A stretch of 60,827 nt of DNA, counting the filler, from Basidioascus undulatus (Eukaryota): assembly GCA_000826855.1 (NCBI GenBank). It is 7 parts of 7 records of this genome, joined end to end, with 100 filler letters (N's around TTAATTAATTAA, not from the genome) between each part and the next. Parts side by side here need not be neighbours in the genome. Positions count along the whole stretch, not along the records: positions 11,513 to 37,886 come from JTLS01000190.1; 6 more parts are not named here. The stretch is one strand, 5' to 3'. A model generated the notes under the pieces. It was given only the letters and a program-made list of their open reading frames with translations, had not been told where the DNA came from and made no database searches. Shown here one piece after another: positions 24,219 to 34,922 of the stretch. The position numbers were made by a program, and so were the translations under genes. Position 1 is the stretch's first letter; each line of letters opens with the position of its first letter.

Positions 24219-26206
24219 ATGATCTCCGCTGTCTTCTGCTTCAACCAAAAGGGCGAGGTCCTCATCTCGCGATTATTCCGCCCAGACGTGAAGTGCGTTA
24301 CCTCCTCTTGCCCCTCTCCCGGCGTCCACCACGTATTGACCCATTCCCCTTCTCCTTCAGGCGCTCCATCTCCGACGTCTTCCGCATCCAAGTCGTCTCG
24401 AACCCCGACGTCCGCTCGCCAATCATCACCCTCGGCTCGACGTCCTTCTTCCACGTGCGGCATAACAACATCTACGTCGTGGCTGTAACGAAGTCCGTCT
24501 TCCCACCCCATCCTCGCTTCCGCTTGGTGGCCTGGAGCACTGACAGCGCGCAAACGCAGGTGCAATGCCTCCGCTGCGCTCGTCTTCGAGTTCATCTACC
24601 GCGTGATCACCATCGGCCGCGCGTACTTTGGGAAGTTCGACGAGGAGGCGGTCAAAAACAACTTTGCGCTCATCTATGAGCTGCTGGATGGTGCGTTTCG
24701 AAGCCCCGCGCACGCGTCAGACCTCATTCCCAGGATGCAGGAAGGCTAAACTGGGGGACTCCTGTGAAAACAGAGATCCTCGACTTCGGGTACCCTCAAA
24801 ACTCCGAGATCGACGCACTTAAGATGTACATCACGACCGAGGGTGTGCGATCCGAAGCGTCGATGGTGCGTCCCGCAACATTTTCTCAGGTTATGTCCAA
24901 GTGACCTGGAAGGCCGACGCCTCCAACGCGACAGTTGGAAGACTCGAGCAAGATCACGATCCAAGCGACGGGCGCGACGTCGTGGCGGCGGAGCGACGTC
25001 AAGTACCGCAAGAACGAGGCGTTCGTGGATGTCATCGAGAGTGTCAACCTGCTCATGTCCGCGAAGGGTGCGTCTGGTTGTCTTCGATGAGCATAAGCAA
25101 GAGTTAATGTGGGTCTGACTTGATGGATGGACCGGGACACGCAGGCAACGTCCTCCGTGCCGACGTCGACGGGCAGATCCTCATGCGTGCATACCTGTCC
25201 GGCACGCCCGAGTGCAAGTTTGGGCTTAACGACAAGCTTGTGTTGGAGAAAAGGTGCGTACAGCCCACATCAGACTCGCAGCGGCATGCGGACGTATGGT
25301 TTCTCGGCGTACACGCAACTGATGCTGAGTGCGTTCATGTCTTAGCAGCGACCGCTCAAGATCGGTTGATGACGCGGTCGAGCTCGACGACTGCCAGTTC
25401 CACCAATGTGTACGGCTCGGCAAGTTCGACTCGGATCGGACGATCAGCTTCATTCCTCCCGATGGCGAGTTCGAGCTGATGCGGTCCGTGCCTCTTTCCT
25501 CGACCCTCTTTCAATTCCACTCCCGTCCTCCCTCACCCCTCATTCCATGAGTCCGCACTCACCCAACTTGTTCTTGCTGTTGCGGTGGCATTAGGTACCG
25601 CTCCACGACGAACGTGAACCTCCCGTTCCGGGTCCAGCCGATCGTCAACGAAGTCGGCAAGTCGCGCGTGGAGTACACCGTCCACGTCAAGGCCAACTTT
25701 GACCCCAAGCTAAACGCCAACTCTGTCGTACTCCGCATCCCGACGCCGCTCAACACGACCGGCGTTAAGTGCACCGTCACAATGGGCAAGGCGAAATACG
25801 TGCCGGCGGAGAACGAGATCGTTTGGAAGTGCGTGTTTTTTCTCCCGCTCTTTCTGCTGGTTTACCTCTGGATACTGACGGCGAGGAATGGGAACGCTGC
25901 AGGATCCCGAGAATGCAGGGCATGGCCGAAGCAACGCTGCAAGCGGACGCGGACCTGACGGCGACGACGCACCGCCAAGCATGGTCCCGCCCGCCGATCA
26001 ATGTCGACTTCCAGGTCCTCATGTTCACTGCGTCGGGGCTGCTCGTGCGCTTCCTCAAGGTCTTTGAGAAGAGCAACTACCAGGTGCGTTGCGCGAGCGC
26101 TCTGCTTCCGGAGGACAGTCGTGTTAATGAAGGCGGGCGGGAGCAGAGCGTCAAGTGGGTACGGTACTTGACAAAGTCCACGGGGAGCTATCAGATTCGG
26201 TTCTAG
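24219..26206 (+). CDS. APM4: AP-2 adaptor complex medium (mu2) subunit
   Basis: [92 protein letters not shown]. Confidence 0.96.
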
Positions 26207-26467
26207 TGATCACTTGGGATCTGGTGCGTTCTTCACTGTGCAGCACCTCTTTCTTGTCGCAGCCGAGCTTACTCTTTCCGCAACGTGTTTGTCCTACGCA
26301 GCGGCTTGGTTACTTTTCATTCTCAGCATGCTGATTGTATTGCCGTCAATGCATTGATACCCTCTTTCGCTTTGCGGCGGCATGACAGCGGCGTAATGGT
26401 GGTAATGGTGGCCGCTCGCCGCAGCTAGCTTGCAGCCGCTGGAAAGGCTGCCTGCATTTTCTTGGAG

Positions 26468-26544
26468 AGATTCCGGTGCGATCTTCAGGTTGATTGTTAA
26501 ACGTACAGATTTCAGTGTAAATTCAGGTTAATTGTTACACGTAC
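26468..26544 (+). repeat. Imperfect tandem duplication of 39/38-bp units
   Basis: AGATTCCGGTGCGATCTTCAGGTTGATTGTTAAACGTAC followed by AGATTTCAGTGTAAATTCAGGTTAATTGTTACACGTAC. Confidence 0.75.
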
Positions 26545-26646
26545 TGGGGGATCCTTGGAGTCTGAATGTCGACAGCTCTACAGAAATCTTCAAAGACGGA
26601 CGACTCAAAGCCGAGCGGAAGAGAAGGGCAGCACACGGAAGATTAG

Positions 26647-27445
26647 AAAACTTGTGCATTGGTGACCCAACCACTTCAAATTGCTGCAACTATGGACGGG
26701 CTGTCAACTAGGATGTGATGGATTGAGTTGAAGGAAGATGCTTGCTCAGCGGAGTCTTCTACTTGTGCACACCGCAAGCAGACTGATGATTTGAGGGGCA
26801 TTATTCCTGAGCTTAGGTTGCATGTTTCATCTTATCGTCGACCTCTTATATTAACCAGAACGAACGCAATAGCACAGAAGAGCGAGGACAGGAAGATGCA
26901 TTGTGGTAACTGCGGGACCGGAGACAATGATTTATGGCCCGAGCGTCATGCAACATGGTAGGACCATCCAATCTTAACTGTACAGACAAAATCGACCAAA
27001 AAATAAATTAAATGTATCACGTGCTTGCGCTGGTAGGCCAAGGCATCGACGGCTGGTTCTTGTTTGCAGCGGCTTGCGTAGTTACTTGAGATCTCTTCTC
27101 GCTTCTGCGGCAGCGTTATAGTCATTACAAAGTTGATCCGTTAGGACTGGTGTATATTTGAGCAACCCTAAGATTCTGCATTACTGCACTCGAGGAATCA
27201 TCCCAGACAGGCAGGCAACGACCAATGCCTTTTACGTTCAAGCGACAACGCCTAGAATCGCAAGCAGGCAACACTTGGGCAGAAGTGACCCATTGCACTC
27301 CTAGTCACCACAATCATGCATGGGCTATCAACCAGGATTGCTGGTTCTGAAATGAGCTGAAAGAAGACGCTGCCTTTGCCCGAGACGGACTGACACTTTG
27401 TACACCTCGCCTGCAAGCTGGAGGTCTGAGGGGCATTATTGCTGT
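26647..27445 (+). repeat. Diverged direct repeat pair (~26647-26810 and ~27270-27445), decayed coding-like
   Basis: Colinear blocks GTGACCCA, GGGCT(G/A)TCAAC(T/C)AGGAT, TGAG(T/C)TGAA(G/A)GAAGA(T/C)GCT and TGAGGGGCATTATT. Both copies read ELKEDA...LRGII with nearby stops. Confidence 0.65.
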
Positions 27446-27688
27446 GATTTAATGATATGATATAGTTCTTGTTCATTTGCACATTCCGGGCGAGCGCAGT
27501 GAGATTCAGTGAGAAGGGGCACGGAGAGGAAGACGCTGTGCAATTCAACCGTGCAACGCACAGCGGAAATGTGCAGATGTTGTCTAACGGTCTGAGCATC
27601 TGCCATCGTGTAATAGTCGTGTACTATGTTTCCAGATTAGTGCTACAGTCAAAACAGTGAAAGCAGCCCCCAAATGAGATTAACAAGC

Positions 27689-27693
27689 AAAAA
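27689..27693 (-). terminator. RNA polymerase III terminator (T5) of the permuted tRNA gene
   Basis: TTTTT on the minus strand, 5 nt after position 37 of the downstream 5' half. Confidence 0.75.
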
Positions 27694-27698
27694 GGTAG

Positions 27699-27782
27699 TA
27701 CGAGTGGCGCGCTCTACCACTGAGCTAAACGGGCATTATTCCTATATGCCCATTGGCCGGATTGAACGACCGACCTCACCAT
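27699..27782 (-). tRNA. Circularly permuted tRNA-Thr(CGU): 3' half (nt 38-73) at 27782-27747, 12-nt spacer at 27746-27735, 5' half (nt 1-37) at 27734-27699
   Basis: Minus strand reads ATGGTGAGGTCGGTCGTTCAATCCGGCCAATGGGCA-tataggaataat-GCCCGTTTAGCTCAGTGGTAGAGCGCGCCACTCGTA. Reordered it forms a complete 72-nt cloverleaf: acceptor GCCCGTT/AATGGGC, D GCTC/GAGC, anticodon CGCCA/TGGTG with loop CT-CGT-AA, T GGTCG/CGGCC. Confidence 0.9.
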
Positions 27783-28509
27783 TTCAATACCATTAGGGCA
27801 TCAAATCACTACGATTTATGTAGGCTAGAATCAAATTGTTCCAATATCCAATAACCGACTCTGCTTAAAGCACCTGGCCGGCTATAGAAGGTACCATGAG
27901 TGGAGGGTTCAGAGATTATGTGGCAGTTTGATTCGAAACAGCCGTAGCGCAAAGGAAGAAGGTGTGGGTGCTTGGGCGTAGGCTGCAAGCTGCACCGCAG
28001 GAGCCTCGCTGGGCTGTCCAGATGCCTGACAAGCAGGTAGCGAACAACTCTATCAAGGGAGAAAGGAGAAGGGGACAAATGTGGGTAAAATCGTGGTAGA
28101 TACACCAGCCCTGAAACCAGAACAGTGGCTGACACAACTGACAGCGGGAGTAGGTGAAGTAGCAGTGCATAAAATGTGGAACAAAATTCGGGAATGGACT
28201 GCATGAAATGAGGCAGCTTGTCAGAGATTAGACTGCATGGCATGGGTAGAAGAAGAAAAAAAGAGAAGAAGAGGTCGTGAGGTTGAGAGAAGGCAGCCTT
28301 GGTGGATGGAACCACGCAGAGAGGATAGCAAGTGGAGTACACTGATTGTGCACACCACTGAGGGGGGGGCGAAAACATGAGGAGAAATATTCATAGGACT
28401 GAAAGCTTAGATTGAGACGGCACAGCAATGCTCAGTAATCCAGGAAGATGATTGGGGTCTTTGCGCAGATAGGTGAAACCGAAAGGCGTCTGCACCAGCT
28501 TTTACTGAC

Positions 28510-29550
28510 TCAGTTATCTTCTTCAAGCCCGATACGACCCGGATCCCACTGCGTGGTCTCACAAAAGCCATCTCAGACATCTCGCCGACGCGACCGTCTT
28601 CCTCATCTGCACCGTATTCAAACAGCGCCTCGTCGAGCACGGCGCGGACCCGGACGTCGCGACATTGGCCACGGATGCTCTTCGGGCAGCTCGAAATTCC
28701 GTGAGGACCGTGATGCTCGCGCCCGCGTACACCGCCAGCATCACGTTCTCGGGATACGCGACCCGCGTCGATCTCAGCTTTGCCTGCTTATTCCAGCTCA
28801 AGCTCGCCACCGTCTACCCCGACAAGGCTGACGTATACGGCATCCTGAAGGACGTGGATCAGATCGCCAACATTCTCTTGCACTGCGCGGGCTCGCAGAC
28901 ATTTTCGGCGACGTTGAGGTGCGCTCAGTTCCATATTACCTTCTCCCACTTCACACGCGGTCGCACTTTCCAAACGCCCTTATCATTGACAGACTCGCGC
29001 GCGACCACTCCCTCAAGCGCATTTCCAGCACGGTCGGTTCGACTAGCCGCACGAATGTCCCGGCGCCGATGCTGGTGCCCCACCTACTCTCGCTCCACGC
29101 ACACGATGCGGGAAACGCGCTGCTCCCCGGCGAGATTGGCTTCGACTGGCCTCCGCTTCTGCAGGCCGTTCCTGACTGGTTCGAGCTTATGACCCTTGGA
29201 TGGGCAGGGGCTCGTGTCTGCCGGATGCGGAGGTGTTCCAGCAGGTCAGCCGCTCCGCTCCGTTGTGCGACGTTTCGGTATCCATGTAGCATTTGCGTGT
29301 CATGAACCCTGGGCTGCGTTTGCCTCCGACTGAAGTTCGAGCGCGGCCTACAAGAAGCTATGTCTGTACTTGTAAGCAGTGAAGAGCAAGGGATACCCTC
29401 GCAGCGTAGTCGTAACGACAAGGGATGCTTGTGGAGCTGGTTCTGGAGAATGGCTGTGTGCAAAATGGTAACGTGAGTGCCCCCGAACCGTAGCTGGCCC
29501 ATCGAGGAGCGAAAATTGCATACTGAGATGGATATCCCTATCGTTTGAGC
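28510..29550 (+). CDS. Hypothetical spliced protein or relic
   Basis: Coding-like frame YLLQARYDPDP...LATVYPDKADVYGILKDVDQIANILL, a GTGCGC..AG intron at ~28919-28991, then LARDHSLKRISST...; no family recognised. Confidence 0.3.
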
Positions 29551-30064
29551 GAAGCTAAGGCACCAGCTATCCGGGTGAGAGCAAGTTTAGCAACAACTTC
29601 TTATTTTCGAAATAAGCTGTGTCCGTCTCACATGGTGAGTGCAAGGGACTTCGCCGAGTATGACACTGGGAAAGGAGCCAGCACCGCGAACGATGGTAGG
29701 CTCCAAAGCCCACCGACACTAGAAGGAAAAAGCTCGGTTATGGCAAAACCTTTCAGATGGTTTCGGACAGACAAGACCGACGCACTTGGCAGAGTCCCAC
29801 TGCCAACAGATCCGAGGGTCTGTGAGCTTTCTCGACGGCGACGGAAGGCAGTCTTCGGCTTACTTGAATCATTGTCGCTAAGCCGGTTCAAGTAGCACCA
29901 AGATCCAGGCTGTGTAGTTCTGTGGTACGTATCTTCCCACATGGTACCACCATCGCTGAGTTAAGCTCAGCTACCGAAATGGGACAGCGTCGAGCTCATG
30001 ATACGCACTTCGAGAAGATCTTGACACTGAAGCCAAACACGACTCCTGTAATTGTCACTGCAGT

Positions 30065-31131
30065 TCAGTTTTGGTGATAAAGAGACAATGCGGGAAACCT
30101 ACCAACGAAGCTGCCCAACAGCGCGAAAGGTAATACGGAGACCGTACTCTGCTTCGGGCTCTGGCCTGGCTGTGGCAGGCCTGCACTGCGTGCGGGTTTG
30201 ATGTATAAGAAGACCATCAGTGCTTCAGCGGGGAGGTCTAAGATGTTAGTCTGATACATTAATACTCGCAGTATATTGGGAAGTAGTGTATGATGTCAGC
30301 GACGATGCTGGAAAGGATGAGTTCGTGAGCTGCTCTCTGGCAATGCCGCTCTCTCCACCTCAAACTCACAGCCCCTGCAAGAATGTCCCAGTCTATCCCG
30401 CCAGAGAGGTACGATCCCTGGTTCCAGAGGGATTGTCGGCACCTGTATATACGCCTGGGAAACCACGAAGATGGCAAGCCCCAGCAGGCCCAGGATGAGC
30501 GGCACGAGTACACGAGTTCTGTGCGGGAATCCATGGTTAGGCTCACTACAAAATACGTATCGGAACTGACATTACTCACGAATCCCATGGATATACGCTG
30601 TCTCCCCACGCGAGCGCTATGCAGAGTGAGCTAGTCGCAGCAATTGCGAGGCCGTTGCCGCTGTACGTGTGTTCACGAAGATGCTCAGCGGTCAAACGAC
30701 AATGGGATAGGGATTTGAGGTCATACAGATAGAGAAATAAGACTTCACTTAAATCCAGTCCATAGCCCCCAGGATTAGTGTCCCACTTGACCTTTGAATA
30801 AGTATGGTACGGACGTGGTCAAGCGCACCCAGAAATGTCGACACGCATAGAGCTGGGAAGCAGAGCCAGAACCGAAATCTGTCGGCTCGTTCCGGTCGCC
30901 TTCGATCTCGGTGGGCGACTCCGAGCGGGTGACATCGAAAAGTCGCGTCGAGGCGTGGGCAGGGCTGTCGTCGGCTTCCTTGTAAGATGAAGAAACAGTA
31001 TCAAGCTTTTGGATGAGGGACGCAGGCGAAATGGGGGCATCAGATTCGTAGGGGAGTGGTATGTGGTGGAAAGACTGCGACGCTGGCGTCGTGCGGATCG
31101 GGTCGGCCGAGATGTTGTCGACGTGGGACAT
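30065..31131 (-). pseudogene. Probable truncated or degenerate DHA2-type MFS transporter
   Basis: Fragments GNGLAIAATSSLCIALAWGDSVYPWDS, VLVPLILGLLGLAIFVV and GQSPKQSTVSVLPFALLG resemble 14-TM MFS segments, but the N-terminal TM bundle is missing and the frames are discontinuous. Confidence 0.45.
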
Positions 31132-31536
31132 GGTGTTGATTTGTGTGTATTTTAGCTTGTAGAGTGAGAGGTATGTGGCGAACATCCAACCAATAAATGC
31201 GACAAGCATCGTGTTGCGGCATGCGGCGCACGCTGCGTGCTCGGGCACGCGCTTTTCAGTCAGGGCGGCCACCCCCGGCAGTTCCATTGTACAGCATGCA
31301 TCAAGGAGAAATAACACAAACAAATAAGCGACTTTAAGTTGGGTCGCCGATGTCCGTCCACCATGTTCAGCGGCACCTCATGATGTCGCTGCGCAAGGGA
31401 AACACAGTGGACGATTCCGACATGCGATAGTTCTAGGATCCTCCCCATGACACCACCAACTCTTGTGAAATACATTCGCTCTAGTAAACAACCTATGGTC
31501 AAATCGGCACAGTCATGCGATAGTCGAGCAACTCAC

Positions 31537-32852
31537 CTAACTCATCTTGCTCTTTGTCTCCCGTCTAAACCAGTTCATCCCATACTCGAAGCAGCCCAGG
31601 TAGATCCCTGCACCTGCCGCCGACAACAGCGTCCGAAGAAGACCGCCTCGGAAGAGGCCTTTGACGCCTTCGGACCGCAGAACCTCCTTCGTCACGCCCA
31701 GTATGCCGGCGTCGGCCGGGAAGCGACCGAGCATAACGTGCGTTTTCACGACGTCGACGGGACTGAAGAGCGAAGAATCATATTCAACGATTGGATGATT
31801 TGCACGGAGAGAAACTACTGGGAACTAATGAACTAATGACTCACGTGGTAGCTATGGAGGCGATGGACCCAGCGATACTGCCTGCGAGAGAAGACGCAGC
31901 GGGTGACTGCAGGCCCCATCGGTGTTCGAACTTGACTCGGAGATTCTCGTAGATCGGGAATTGAATCGCAGTAAACGGAAGGTCTGGAATAGAAATATTC
32001 AGTCCAACACGTTCTCCCCACACGCAAGATAGAAAAGAAGAAACAGCTCACTTCTCCCAACGGTGGCCAGATACGCGCTTCCGAATCCCTTCAACCCGCT
32101 CTGCCGCAAGCTCTTCAAGACCTCCATCGTGTTCCCTCCTCCGCCGCCAGCCGGAGAGATCTTGCCCTTCGCGACCGCGCGCCCGCCCTGGACTTGCGCG
32201 CGCTGCTTGACAATCTCGATCGGCGTCTTGATCACGCACGAGACCATCTCGGCGAGTGAGCATGCTGTGAGGTGCGCAAGCGCCGGAGGGAGAGCCGTGT
32301 GCTGCGCGAGGAGACGCTTGGACTGCTCGTAGGTCACGAAGAAGACGGCAGCTTTATTGTGGGGAAGGGTTGGCGGTCAATATCGGGGCTACTGAAGGGG
32401 TAAGATGGGAAAACGGAATAGTACCTGATGGGAGAGTGCCGGCGATGATACTGCAAACGATTTCTCAGACAGTGTAGTTCCAAATACAGGAAACTACGTA
32501 CCTTCCGACTCCGGAGTAAAGACCTCTGAGGTGAACCTTCCCAGGACGCCCGCGAGCGGCTTGGATCCTGCGGGGCGATCAGTCCAACCGCTGACCTTCC
32601 CCGCTGGGGGCTGCGGCGCTCACCGAGTTTTGAGCGTGTCCAGCGGATCTGTCGGGCATGTTCAGGTCCAGGCTCCTCGAGGCCACCTCAACCGTAAGAA
32701 GCAAAGAAACTTGCAGGTCAGCAAGTCAACTGTGAAAGCGGCCAATGCGCCCGCCTGCAGTCGGACACGGCTCAGCGGGTGCGCTTTCAGCATGGTCCAA
32801 GAGACTCAGAACAACGCACAATGGCGATCTGGTAGTTTGTGTTGTCCGGCAT
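31537..32852 (-). CDS. Mitochondrial carrier, S-adenosylmethionine carrier (Pet8/Sam5)-like, copy 1
   Basis: MPDNTNYQIAIAGALAAFTVDLLTYPLDTLKTRIQ, GLYSGVGS..GTLPSAAVFFVTYE, PIEIVKQRAQ, RDLPFTAIQFPIYE, PVDVVKTHVML. Confidence 0.85.
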
Positions 32853-33260
32853 GTTCAACGTTTCAGCAGGCGATGAGAGCCGTACCAAGAACGACCATAG
32901 CTCTCTGCATCGCTTGACGAGAGAAGGCTGTGGGTGAGGTCACCCTTCTTCACGTGATGAACTCTCGAAGTAAGGAATGAGTGAAAAATGTATCTGAATT
33001 TAGTTATGTAGGGGGAATTTGTTCTCTGAGAATGCCGATGCATTTTGCCTCGTCCAGGGGGGGCGAAGAGCTGGAGGAAATCGGCGCAGGAACTGTCTCT
33101 TGCGGCTTTGCGAGACGGCCACGCAACAACTCCAGCTTTAGACGGATTACTTGGTTCTATGTATGGTCATAAGAGCGTCCGTTCAGTCGATCTGAAGGCC
33201 ATCGATATCACCCTCGTTGCCCAGCGCAACAACCGCACAGACCAGTTCAAAGCGCACCTA

Positions 33261-34521
33261 TCATTCCCCGACGACGTCCTCGTCCATCCTCCGCCCCTGC
33301 AACCACCGCTTCCCCCACTCGAAGCTGCCCAAGTAGATCCCGCTCCCGAGCGCCGTCCACGCGGCGCGGAGCCCCCCGCCCTTGAACAGCCCGCGCACGC
33401 CCTCCGCGCGCAGGATGTCCTGCGCGACCTGCACGAGGCTGCGGTCCGTGTGCGCGCGGCCGAGCATAACTCGGGTTTTCACGACGTCGATTGGTCTGAG
33501 GGAAGGGGAGTTCGTATGAGCGTTGGGAAGAAGGGTGGATGGGCGAAGGAGAAGTAGGAGAGGAGAGACGCACGTAGTTATCCACGCGGCGGTCGACCCC
33601 GCCACGGCCGCGCCGAACGCCGACGCGGACGGCACAGTAAGGCTCCAGCGCTCCCTGAACCGCTGCCTCAGATACTCATACAGCGGAAACTGAATAGCCG
33701 TAAACGGGAGATCTGCCCTTCAACGCACTGAATCAGCTCTTCCTTCCTCCATCTTCTGCTTTCACACACGCGCGACGTACTCCTCCCCACAAGCGCCAAA
33801 TACCCCTTCCCCAGCCCCTTCAGCCCCGTCTCCCGCAGTATGCTCTTCGCGATCGCGAGCGAGCGCGCCTCGGCGCCCTCCGCCACCTGCGCGCGCTGCT
33901 TGATCACCTCCGCCGGAGCAATGATCCCGCACGAGACCATCTCTGCGAGGGAGGAGGAGGCGAGGTGCAGGACTGGCATGGGAACGCTTGCGTGCTGGGA
34001 GATGAGGGACTTGGCGCCTTCGTAGGTGGTGAAGAAGAGGGCGGCTGTGGAAGAAGGAGTTTAAGCGGGGGAAGGGTTGGGCGGAGGAAGGGAGGACGGA
34101 CCGGAGGGGAGGGTCGCTGCCACTACGCTGCCTACGCCGTTGTATAGCCCTTTCAAGGCGAGCTTTTGAGGCTCGCCACGGGCAGCTTGTATTCTTCGAC
34201 GAGCCGAGTTCGATGATGAGCATCTGAGCGAACCGATGGGGAATGGGCTCACCTGGTCTTCAACGTGTCCAGCGGGTCTGCACGGACCGTTCAGATCGTC
34301 TCCCTCTCAATCCCCAGAACTTCTTTATCATGCTCACATATAAGCATGTCTACCTGCCCGCGCACCTCACCAACATAAGCACGTCTGACGACACGTTGGA
34401 GCTTGGACGTACCGTGAACGCCGCTATGGCGCCCGCCTGCTTCCATGCGACAGTCAGCATGTTTCTGTCGATTCTATGTACTCGCTATGCTTGCCCCGGC
34501 AATTTCTGTAGATGTACTCAT
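33261..34521 (-). CDS. Mitochondrial carrier, S-adenosylmethionine carrier (Pet8/Sam5)-like, copy 2
   Basis: MSTSTEIAGAGAIAAFTVDMLIYPLDTLKTRIQ, GLYNGVGS..LPSAALFFTTYE, PAEVIKQRAQ, DLPFTAIQFPLYE, PIDVVKTRVML, GSGIYLGSFE. Confidence 0.88.
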
Positions 34522-34922
34522 CCTTGATGTGTGCGGAGCGTGGTGAAGATGGTAAAGAGGGCAAGCGGCTTCTCAGGACTCCGAGCGACGTCATGTTCGT
34601 CTTCTTTCTACAGCGGCCAGGCTGCTCAGCTTGGATCAGTGTGCCCCTCCAAATCCCGGTCAACAAACTGGTGAAAGAAAACGTGTGCAAGAACTTGCGT
34701 TGTAGACTTTTGTGTTCAACCAGTTCAGCCCGGCAGGCCCACAAATAGGTGTACCGATACTATCGTAGTTGGTATCCTCGGGCATCGGGGACAGTTGCAG
34801 CTCTCATGCCCGAGCCACCCTCTCCGCATGCTGTAAGCTCGATAAAGCACGTCCTCCAAAGACCCCTACCACAACCTTCGCAACGCACACCCAAGCCCCC
34901 CTCCGCCCCCTTCTCCCCAGTC

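Noticed and set aside
27699..27782. Interpretation as remnants of two ordinary tandem tRNA genes
   Set aside because: No upstream 5' half or downstream 3' half is visible. Both halves end exactly at 37/38, all stems are intact, leader and trailer pair, and a T5 follows immediately. Read-level confirmation is still needed.
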